Shown piece by piece: positions 29,011-36,842 of a stretch of DNA of 64,000 nucleotides. The first letter of the stretch is position 1; each line of letters starts with the position of its first letter. The translations under genes and the position numbers were made by a program. The notes beneath the pieces were generated by a model. The model saw only the letters and a program-made list of their open reading frames with translations. It did no database searches and had not been told where the DNA came from. Source of the DNA: Gemmobacter sp. (GTDB taxonomy: Bacteria; Pseudomonadota; Alphaproteobacteria; Rhodobacterales; Rhodobacteraceae); the NCBI GenBank assembly GCA_052387255.1, contig JBQTJI010000048.1, forward strand, positions 1,917 through 65,916, read 5' to 3'.

Positions 29011-29016
29011 GGTTTG

Positions 29017-29943
29017 CTACTGTGCAATGTCGTTTGTAGTGGTTTGGCTTGCGATTTGCACGAGAAGCATTGATGCCTCAGCGAACTCTTCATCCTCTGG
29101 TTTGGAAGTGCGGAGTACCTCGCGGAGGAACACCCTTGCTGTAGCGATTTTTTCGAGTTCAATACATGATTTCGCAACCCAGAGAGCTGGGTAGGCCTGA
29201 AAGTCTATCTCGCAAGAAAGCAGCCAGCCGAAGAATTTTTCTGCGGCCTTATCAAAATTCCCAATAGAGAAGTATGCGAAACCAAGTGTTTTGGCGAAAA
29301 CGCCTTCTTGAATCCCAAACGTATTTCTTTCAAGGAATCTGTGAACCATACGAACGGAGAGTTCATCTAGGCCCTCATCTCCCAGCCACTCAAGAAATTC
29401 TTGAATGGTCTCAACCGGTAATTCTTTGCCAAATTCTGGACGACAGAGAAAGTCAATAAACTGTTCAAATATCTCTTCCAATTCTGGATTCGTGGCGCTT
29501 ATCATACCAAAATTTTCGACATACGTTTCATAGAGGCGACTGACAATTCCTTCTGGCAAGGGTGCTGCGATTAGCGCCATCATCCGCTCAACCGCCATTA
29601 TGGCCGTTGCGCCTTGGAACGTACTTGCCACTGTATCCCAAAGGTCAACTGCATCATCCCTCATTCCCCGCAAAAGATAAACGCGTTCTAACTGGCGCAG
29701 TTGCTCAAAATAATCATAGTATGCATCATGGTCGCGGTGGTCAGCGTTGAGGTAGGCCTTGACTCCGGGCATACACGAAACAAGGATCTTTCGAATCTCG
29801 AAAAGGTGACTTTCAGAGTTTGGAAGTTCTTTGAACGCACGAAGTAAGCCATTGCATAGCACCAAAGCTGAGTCAAAATCTCCATTTTGACACAAATCTT
29901 CAACCCGAAGTAGATTTTCGGAAAGGCTCACCGCAACCTTCAT
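29017..29943 (-). CDS. hypothetical 308-aa all-helical (TPR-like) protein, low-GC, likely horizontally acquired
   Basis: AGGAG RBS 7 nt before the ATG at 29943. A hand count of 29401-29500 gives 40% GC against about 69% in neighbours. A/T-ending codons dominate. No family recognised. Confidence 0.7.
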   Translation of the reverse strand: MKVAVSLSENLLRVEDLCQNGDFDSALVLCNGLLRAFKELPNSESHLFEIRKILVSCMPGVKAYLNADHRDHDAYYDYFEQLRQLERVYLLRGMRDDAVDLWDTVASTFQGATAIMAVERMMALIAAPLPEGIVSRLYETYVENFGMISATNPELEEIFEQFIDFLCRPEFGKELPVETIQEFLEWLGDEGLDELSVRMVHRFLERNTFGIQEGVFAKTLGFAYFSIGNFDKAAEKFFGWLLSCEIDFQAYPALWVAKSCIELEKIATARVFLREVLRTSKPEDEEFAEASMLLVQIASQTTTNDIAQ

Positions 29944-30315
29944 TGTTTACTCCTGCGCATCGAAGTTATGAAAGAAGCTAGGGATCAGTAGTGTGCTTGC
30001 AAGTAGGAACACTACCTCCCCACGCCTCCCACCCAAACCCCCTTCACCGCCCGGTCATCCCCCACCATCACCGTCAGGAATATCGCCCCCCACACATCCC
30101 CGGCCCGCCGCGACCCCTCTTCGATGGCGGGGGTGCTGGCGCGGTCGATCACCGCCGGGTCGGCCTCCATCCCCAAGGCGATGTTGCCGATGCGGGTGCC
30201 GGTGCGCAGGGCGCGGGTTCTGCCATGGGGGCAAGCCACCGGCCTGGAGCGGTGTCGGGGATTGACCTTGGCCATAGCAGCCCCTTTGCTGCGAGCGCAG
30301 CGAAGGAGCCCCCCC

Positions 30316-30444
30316 ATGCCCAAATCCGTCCGCGACGACATCCGCACCATCGTCGACTTCCCGCAGGGGGGCATCCTGTTCCGGGATGTGCCGACGCTGC
30401 TTGCCGATCCGCGCGGGTTCCGGAGCGCCTTTGCCGGGCACTGA
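30316..30444 (+). pseudogene. apt: adenine phosphoribosyltransferase N-terminal remnant (42 codons)
   Basis: GAAGGAG RBS, then [42 protein letters not shown]. This matches the Apt N-terminus (IRTIPDFP..GI.FRDVT.L..DP..F). Full Apt is about 175-180 aa and nothing Apt-like follows. Confidence 0.6.
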
Positions 30445-30570
30445 CGCGGGCGTGCTTAAACGCCGGTAACCCTTTCGTAAGGGAATCACCCTAATCACAG
30501 GGGTGTCGGGCTACCCACCCGGCCACGCTGCTTGCACCACGTGACCAACACACCCCCACGCCCCGCCGGT

Positions 30571-32832
30571 TCACCCCGGCGGGGTTTCTTCGTCCGGCAG
30601 ACCGGACAGATGGTCCATCACGGCGGGCCGCACGGTTTCCGCGCCCCGGGCCTTGGCATCGGCCATCACCTCATAGAGGTCGTCCAGGTTCACCCGCCGG
30701 AGCAGGCTTTTCACCGGGCCGACCGAGGCGGGCCGCATCGACAGCATGCGCAGGCCCACGGCGGCCAGGCAGACGGCCTCGACCGGCTTGCCCGCATCCT
30801 CGCCGCAGAAGGACAGGGGCGTGGCGGTCTCGGCGCAGCGGGCGACGACGGTTTCGAGGAAGGTGAGGAAGCTGGCGTTCAGCACGTCATAGCGGCGCCG
30901 CACCCGTTCATTCTCGCGGTCCGCCGCGAAGAAGAACTGCTTGAGGTCGTTGCCGCCGATGGAGACGAAGTCGGCCATCTGGTAGAAGGCGCGGGGCGCG
31001 TAGGCGAGGCTGGGGGTTTCCAGCATCGCGCCGATTTCGAGGCGGGCCGGGGCCACGTGCCCCATGGCGGTTTCGCGGTCGAACTGGGCCAGGACATGGC
31101 CGCGGGCCGCGAGGAATTCGGCGTGTTCGGTGATGAAGGGGAACATGATGGCGAGCGGCCGCCCGGCGGCGGCGCGGAACAGCGCCTGGGCCTGCATGCG
31201 CAGCACGCCCGGCTTGTCGAGGCCGACGCGGATCGCGCGCCAGCCCATGGCGGGGTTCGGTTCGTCCTGCGGCTTCATGTAGGTCAGCACCTTGTCCGAC
31301 CCGATGTCGAGGGTGCGGAAGGCGACGCGGCGGCCCTTGGCCGCGTCCATCACGCGGGCGTAGAGTTTGGCCAGCTCGTCGCGCTTGGGCATCTGGTTGC
31401 GGATCAGGAACTGGAGTTCGGTGCGGAAGAGGCCCACGCCCTCGGCCCCCGACCCTTCCAGGCTGGGCAGGTCGGCCATCAGCCCCGCGTTCATGTGCAG
31501 CGCAATGGTGCGGCCGCAGCGGGTGAGGCCGGGCAGGTCGCGCAGGCCCGCATAGCGCTGCTGCGCCTTGGCCTGCATCGCCATCTTGTCGCGGAAGGCG
31601 GAGGTGATCGTGTCCTCGGGGCGCAGGTGGACCACGGCGGCGTCGCCGTCGACCAGGATCGGGTCGCCGTTCAGCGCCTCGGCGACGATGCGGTCGGCGT
31701 GGATGACCAGGGGGATGGCGAGCGCGCGGGCGACGATGGCGGCGTGGCTGCCGACCGATCCTTCCTCCAGCACCACGCCGCGCAGCTTGCGCCCGTATTC
31801 CAGAAGCTCGGCGGGGCCGATGTTGCGGGCGACCAGGATCGGGTTGTCGGGCATCGTGGCCCCGGTGTCGGACCCTTGCCCGGTCAGGATGCGCAGCAGG
31901 CGGTTCGACAGGTCGTCGAGGTCGTGCAGCCGTTCGCGCAGATAGGCGTCGGGCACCTGTTCCAGGCGGGCGCGGGTTGCGGACTGTTCCTTTTCCACCG
32001 CCGCCTCGGCGGACAGGCCAAGGGCGATGTCCTCTTCCATCCGGCGCAGCCAGCCGCGCGAATTGGCGAACATGCGGTAGGCTTCCAGAACCTGCTTCTG
32101 GTCCTTGTCGAGGCTTTCCGCCGACAGAAGGTCATCGACCGACACGCGCAACTGGCCGACGGCGGCGCGGATGCGCTCGATCTCGGTCAGGGGGTCGTCG
32201 GCGACGGGATTGGTCACCACGACGCGGGGTTCGTGCAGCCAGACGCGGCCTTCGGCAGTGCCCTCTTGCCCCACGGTGCCGCGGAACACGACGGGGCGGC
32301 GGTGCAGGGCGCGCATCGCCTCGTTGTCGCCGGTGAAGGCCCCGAGTTCCGTCATTTCGGCCAGCACCATCGCCACCACCTCGATGGCGTCGATCTCTTC
32401 CTCGGAATAGCTGCGGGCGTCCTTCGACTGCACCACCAGCACGCCCAGCTTTTCCCCGACGCGCTGGATCGGGACGCCGAGGAACGAGGAAAAGATTTCC
32501 TCGCCGGTCTCGGGCATGAAGCGAAAGCCCTTTTCGGCCGGGGCATTGGCGGTGTTGACGGGGCTTGCGGTGCGCGCGACGCGGCCGACCAGCCCTTCGC
32601 CCAGCTTCATCCGGGTCTGGTGGACGGCCTCTTTCTTCAGCCCTTCGGTGGCGCAGAGTTCCAGCGTTTCGGGGTCGCGGAACAGGTAGATCGAGCAGAC
32701 CTCGGTGCCCATGGACGAGGCGATGATGTGGGTGATGCGGTCCAGCCGTTCCTGGCCCTTGCCGGGTTCGGCCAGGCTGTCGCGCAGGCGGCGCAAGAGC
32801 TTGCGGCTGTCGCTTTCGGTGCGTTCGGCCAT
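30571..32832 (-). CDS. ptsP: phosphoenolpyruvate--protein phosphotransferase PtsP (EI-Ntr, GAF domain)
   Basis: 753 aa with an N-terminal GAF-like region and an EI core (...GSVGSHAAIVARALAIP..., ...FVSIGGNDLKQF...). Confidence 0.9.
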   Translation of the reverse strand: MAERTESDSRKLLRRLRDSLAEPGKGQERLDRITHIIASSMGTEVCSIYLFRDPETLELCATEGLKKEAVHQTRMKLGEGLVGRVARTASPVNTANAPAEKGFRFMPETGEEIFSSFLGVPIQRVGEKLGVLVVQSKDARSYSEEEIDAIEVVAMVLAEMTELGAFTGDNEAMRALHRRPVVFRGTVGQEGTAEGRVWLHEPRVVVTNPVADDPLTEIERIRAAVGQLRVSVDDLLSAESLDKDQKQVLEAYRMFANSRGWLRRMEEDIALGLSAEAAVEKEQSATRARLEQVPDAYLRERLHDLDDLSNRLLRILTGQGSDTGATMPDNPILVARNIGPAELLEYGRKLRGVVLEEGSVGSHAAIVARALAIPLVIHADRIVAEALNGDPILVDGDAAVVHLRPEDTITSAFRDKMAMQAKAQQRYAGLRDLPGLTRCGRTIALHMNAGLMADLPSLEGSGAEGVGLFRTELQFLIRNQMPKRDELAKLYARVMDAAKGRRVAFRTLDIGSDKVLTYMKPQDEPNPAMGWRAIRVGLDKPGVLRMQAQALFRAAAGRPLAIMFPFITEHAEFLAARGHVLAQFDRETAMGHVAPARLEIGAMLETPSLAYAPRAFYQMADFVSIGGNDLKQFFFAADRENERVRRRYDVLNASFLTFLETVVARCAETATPLSFCGEDAGKPVEAVCLAAVGLRMLSMRPASVGPVKSLLRRVNLDDLYEVMADAKARGAETVRPAVMDHLSGLPDEETPPG

Positions 32833-32915
32833 GGGGTCACCGCCGTTGGGGGTTCAATGCCCTTAGACCACAGGACCGACAGCAACGGAACGGGGCATGT
32901 TTTCCGCCCCCGCCG

Positions 32916-34166
32916 TCAGGGCTTGTCCAGCGCGAACGCATCATGCAGGGCCTGCACCGCAAGTTCCATGTACTTGCGGTCGATCAGCACCGAAATCTTG
33001 ATCTCGGACGTGGCGATGACCTTGATGTTGATGTTCTCGTCGGCCAGCGCCTTGAACATGCGGGCGGCGACGCCGACCTGGCTGCGCATGCCGATGCCGA
33101 CGACCGACACCTTGGCCACATCGGTATCGGCCACCATGCGCTGATAGGCGATGGCCCCCGAGGCCCGCGCCTCTTCCATGGCCTTTTCGGCGCGCAGCAT
33201 CTGCGTCACCGGCACGCTGAAGGTCATGTCGGTGACCGGGCTGGTCCTGCCGCTGGCGTCACTGATGTTCTGCACGATCATGTCGACGTTCACCCCCGCC
33301 TCGGCCAGCGGGCCGAAGATGGCGGTGGCGACGCCGGGGCGGTCCTGGACGCCGATCAGGGTCATCTTCGCCTCGTCGCGGCTGTAGGCCACGCCGTTTA
33401 CAACCTTGGATTCCACGATGTCCTCCTCGTCACAGACAAGCGTTCCCGAGCCGTCGTGCGTGTCCTCGAACGAGGACAGCACGCGCAGCCGCACCTTGTA
33501 GCGCATCGCCAGTTCGACCGACCGCGTCTGCAGCACCTTGGCCCCCAGGCTGGCCAGTTCCAGCATTTCCTCGAAGGCGATCTTGTCCAGCTTGCGCGCC
33601 TTGGAACTGATGCGCGGGTCGGTGGTGTAGACGCCGTCGACGTCGGTGTAGATGTCGCAGCGTTCCGCCGCGAAGGCGGCGGCGAAGGCCACCGCCGTGG
33701 TGTCGGACCCGCCGCGCCCCAGCGTGGTGATGCGCCCCTCGGGGCTGATGCCCTGGAAACCGGCGACCACGGCCACCTTGAAGCCTTCGGCGAACTTGGC
33801 GTCGATGTTGTCGCGCCGGATCGACACGAAGCGCGCCGAGGCATGGGCCGAAGTGGTGTTGATCGGCACCTGCCAGCCCTGCCAGGACCGTGCGGGCACG
33901 TCCATTTCCTGCAGGGTCAGCGCCATCAGGCCGGCCGTCACGTTCTCTCCGCTCGACACCACGGCGTCGTATTCGCGCGCGTCGTACAGGGGCGAGGTGC
34001 CCTCGACCCAAGCCACCAGTTCGTTGGTCTTGCCCGACATGGCGCTGACGATGACGATGACGTCATAGCCCGCCTCGACCTCGCGCTTGACCTTGGCCGC
34101 CGCGTTGCCGATGCGCGCGAGGTCCGCCACCGAGGTGCCGCCGAATTTCATCACCAGAAGCGGCAT
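32916..34166 (-). CDS. lysC: aspartate kinase
   Basis: MPLLVMKFGGTSVADLARIGNAAAKV...GRGGSDTTAVAFAAA... with C-terminal ACT domains. Confidence 0.95.
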   Translation of the reverse strand: MPLLVMKFGGTSVADLARIGNAAAKVKREVEAGYDVIVIVSAMSGKTNELVAWVEGTSPLYDAREYDAVVSSGENVTAGLMALTLQEMDVPARSWQGWQVPINTTSAHASARFVSIRRDNIDAKFAEGFKVAVVAGFQGISPEGRITTLGRGGSDTTAVAFAAAFAAERCDIYTDVDGVYTTDPRISSKARKLDKIAFEEMLELASLGAKVLQTRSVELAMRYKVRLRVLSSFEDTHDGSGTLVCDEEDIVESKVVNGVAYSRDEAKMTLIGVQDRPGVATAIFGPLAEAGVNVDMIVQNISDASGRTSPVTDMTFSVPVTQMLRAEKAMEEARASGAIAYQRMVADTDVAKVSVVGIGMRSQVGVAARMFKALADENINIKVIATSEIKISVLIDRKYMELAVQALHDAFALDKP

Positions 34167-34236
34167 CCAAGTTCCCCGACACAGCGCCCTTTTCTTGGGC
34201 GGGTGTCATATGCGGGGCACCGGCGGGGTGCAAGGG

Positions 34237-35124
34237 TCAGGTCAGGACGTGGTTGCGCGGTTCCAACGGCACCGGGGGCACTTCGCCCAGGTGGGGGGCG
34301 ATGCTGGCCTCGATCATCCGGCAGATGGCGTCCAGCGGCAGGGCGTTCGGCGTGGTGCCGAAGGGCAGCGCCAGTTCTTCGGCCACTTCGGCCAGGCCGA
34401 GAAAGACATAGGCCGCGATCATCACGAAGACCGGCGTCAGCCACCCCGCCGGGCCGATCAGCGTCAGCGGCAAGAGCAGGCAGTAGAGGTACGCCGTGCG
34501 GTAGATCAGCAGCGAGTAGACATAGGGAAGCGGGGTCGAGGCGATCCGCTCGGCCCCCGCCTGGGCGGCCGAGAGGCTGGCCAGCCGTTCGGCCAGCGTG
34601 CGCGCGCCAAGCGGTTCCAGCCGCCCTGCGCGGCGGGCCGCCCCGGTGATGTCGGCGATGCGGTTCAATGCCGAACCCGGCGGGCCAAGGTCGATCCCCG
34701 CTGCCGCAAGGCGCAAGGTGGCGGCGGCGTCGGGCGGGGTCTGGCGCAGGGACAGCCGGTGCAGGTGCAGAAAGGCAAGCGACAGGCGGATCACCTGCAG
34801 CCGGTCGGGTTCGTCCAGCCAGATCTCGGCCTCGCGTGCAAGGTTGCGCAGGTCGGCCACCAGCCCGCCCCACAGGCGGCGCCCCTCCCACCAGCGGTCC
34901 CAGGCGGCGCTGTTGCGGAACCCCAGCGACAGCGACAGGGCGATGCCGAAGACGGTGAAGGGGGCGGAATCGACCTGCGCCAGGGGCAGGACAAGCCGGT
35001 CGATGACCACCAGCGCCAGACCCCAGAGGCCAAGCGTCAGAAGGCTGGGCAGGATCACCGGCAGCACCGATCCCTGCCAGGCGAACAGCACCTGCCACGG
35101 CCCCGGCTGTTCGCGGACGATCAC
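34237..35124 (-). CDS. bestrophin/UPF0187 (YneE) family ion channel
   Basis: VIVREQPGPWQVLFAWQGSVLPVILP...FRNSAAWDRWWEGRRLWG. The GTG at 35124 overlaps the purD stop (GTGA). The 673-aa track ORF is an alternate-frame extension through purD. Confidence 0.8.
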   Translation of the reverse strand: MIVREQPGPWQVLFAWQGSVLPVILPSLLTLGLWGLALVVIDRLVLPLAQVDSAPFTVFGIALSLSLGFRNSAAWDRWWEGRRLWGGLVADLRNLAREAEIWLDEPDRLQVIRLSLAFLHLHRLSLRQTPPDAAATLRLAAAGIDLGPPGSALNRIADITGAARRAGRLEPLGARTLAERLASLSAAQAGAERIASTPLPYVYSLLIYRTAYLYCLLLPLTLIGPAGWLTPVFVMIAAYVFLGLAEVAEELALPFGTTPNALPLDAICRMIEASIAPHLGEVPPVPLEPRNHVLT

Positions 35125-36383
35125 AGCGCGCGCCAGCCGATGTCGCGGCGGCAGAAGCCGCCGGGCCAGTCGATGGCATCGACCATCGCATAGGCCGCAT
35201 CGCGCGCCTGTGCCAGCGTGTCGCCGCGCGCGGTGACGTTCAGCACGCGGCCGCCCTGTGCTGTGATCCTGCCGTCTTCGGCGCGGGTGCCCGCATGGAA
35301 CACCATCCGGCGGCTGGTTTCGGGCAGGGTGCCAAGGCCCCCGATCACCGACCCCCTGGCGTAGTCGCCGGGATAACCCCGCGCCGCCATCACCACCGTC
35401 AGCGCATGATCCTCGGCCCAGGTGACGCGGGCCTCGGCCAGCCGCCCCTCGGCCGCGGCCAGCAGCAGGTCCAGCGCCTGCGCGCCCAGCCGCATCATCA
35501 GGACCTGCGCCTCGGGGTCGCCTAGCCGTGCGTTGTATTCGACCAGCCTTGCCCGCCCGTGTTCGATCATCAGCCCGGCATAGAGCACGCCCTGATAGGG
35601 GGTGCCGCGCCGGGCCATTTCGCGGATCGTGGGCAGCACGATCTCGGCCATCGCCTGCGCCTGGATGGCGTCGGTCAGCACGGGCGCCGGCGAATAGGCC
35701 CCCATGCCGCCGGTGTTCGGGCCGGTGTCCCCGTCGAAGGCGCGCTTGTGGTCCTGCGCGGTGCCGACGGGCAGCGCGTTCACGCCATCGGTCAGGACGA
35801 AGAAACTGGCCTCCTCGCCCGCCATGAACTCCTCGATCACCACCTCGGCCCCCGCAGTGCCGAACGCGCCACCCAGGATGTCGTCGATGGCAGAGGTCGC
35901 CTCGGGGACCGTCATCGCCACGACCACGCCCTTGCCGGCGGCCAGACCGTCGGCCTTGACGACGATGGGCGCACCTTTCGTGGCGATGTGGGCGCGGGCG
36001 TCGGCGGCCTCGGTGAAGCGGGCATAGCCGGCGGTGGGGGCACCGCAGGCATCGCAGATGTCCTTGGTGAAGGCTTTCGATGCCTCGAGCCGGGCTGCCG
36101 CCGCCGACGGGCCGAAGGTCAGGATGCCCGCCCCCCGCGTCGCATCCGCCACGCCTGCCGCCAGCGGGGCCTCTGGCCCCACGATGACGAAATCGACGGC
36201 GTTCTCGGCGCAGAAGGCCACCACGGCGGCCCCGTCCAGGATGTCGAGGTCGGCGCATTCCGCCAGCATGGCGATGCCCGCATTGCCGGGGGCCACGATC
36301 AGCCGGTCACACTTGGGGTTCTGCTTGACCGCCCAGGCGATGCTGTGTTCCCGCCCGCCACCGCCGAGGATCAGGATATTCAT
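35121..36383 (-). CDS. purD: phosphoribosylamine--glycine ligase
   Basis: MNILILGGGGREHSIAWAVKQNPKCDRLIVAPGNAG... 420 aa, full-length PurD. Confidence 0.95.
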   Translation of the reverse strand: MNILILGGGGREHSIAWAVKQNPKCDRLIVAPGNAGIAMLAECADLDILDGAAVVAFCAENAVDFVIVGPEAPLAAGVADATRGAGILTFGPSAAAARLEASKAFTKDICDACGAPTAGYARFTEAADARAHIATKGAPIVVKADGLAAGKGVVVAMTVPEATSAIDDILGGAFGTAGAEVVIEEFMAGEEASFFVLTDGVNALPVGTAQDHKRAFDGDTGPNTGGMGAYSPAPVLTDAIQAQAMAEIVLPTIREMARRGTPYQGVLYAGLMIEHGRARLVEYNARLGDPEAQVLMMRLGAQALDLLLAAAEGRLAEARVTWAEDHALTVVMAARGYPGDYARGSVIGGLGTLPETSRRMVFHAGTRAEDGRITAQGGRVLNVTARGDTLAQARDAAYAMVDAIDWPGGFCRRDIGWRAL

Positions 36384-36451
36384 GCGCGCCCCCGCTTGGC
36401 CCAGGCTCAGGGCGCGTGATAGGCAGCGGGGGACAACGACGCAAGGGGGGC

Positions 36452-36685
36452 TCAGCCCTCGCAGCCGACGCCGTCGTTGTTGCGGTCAAGGTCGTAGATG
36501 TCGGTCCCGACAACGTAGACCGGACCATCGACATAGGCGGGCCCGTTGCCGCTGCCGCTTGCGCAATCGACGTCCGAGGCGACGGGCACGCAGGCCCCTT
36601 CATAGTTCGGATCGCAGGTTTGCGCCTGGCCCGCCGACGCGGCTGCCGAGAGAAGGACCGCGATGAGCCAGCCACGCGAGAGCAC
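36452..36685 (-). CDS. excalibur calcium-binding domain secreted protein
   Basis: Signal-like MLSRGWLIAVLLSAAASAGQA, Cys-rich, C-terminal DLDRNNDGVGCEG excalibur motif. GTG start. Confidence 0.7.
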   Translation of the reverse strand: MLSRGWLIAVLLSAAASAGQAQTCDPNYEGACVPVASDVDCASGSGNGPAYVDGPVYVVGTDIYDLDRNNDGVGCEG

Positions 36686-36690
36686 GACGG

Positions 36691-36736
36691 TTAACGTCCT
36701 TGGGACTTCGTTAACGAAATCTTAACACAAGTTAAC
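36691..36736. promoter_or_regulatory. cluster of four TTAAC motifs including a perfect CtrA box TTAA-N7-TTAAC
   Basis: TTAAC occurs at 36691, 36711, 36722 and 36732. 36711-36726 reads TTAACGAAATCTTAAC. The cluster lies in the divergent intergenic region between the excalibur gene and xseA. Confidence 0.55.
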
Positions 36737-36842
36737 GCGAAAAGCGATTGCGAACCGGACGCGCCCGGCGAACAGTTTCCTGCGCCGTCGGAACCAGTTC
36801 GCACGCCATTGCCCGCCAGGCGCAGGCAGGGCAAACAGGGGC

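Noticed and set aside
30012-30374. Minus-strand ORF ([15 protein letters not shown]...) considered as a methylthioadenosine phosphorylase or other identifiable gene divergent from apt.
   Set aside because: The sequence does not resemble the MTAP N-terminus or any family I can name. I keep it only as a possible truncated remnant (see findings).
30532-33144. 870-aa + strand ORF spanning ptsP and lysC.
   Set aside because: It is antisense to two well-supported genes and crosses their intergenic region. Its composition is low-complexity Gly/Ala/Asp/His.
35125-36258. Upstream 378 aa of ORF 34237..36258.
   Set aside because: It is an alternate frame of purD. The bestrophin homology starts at the GTG at 35124.
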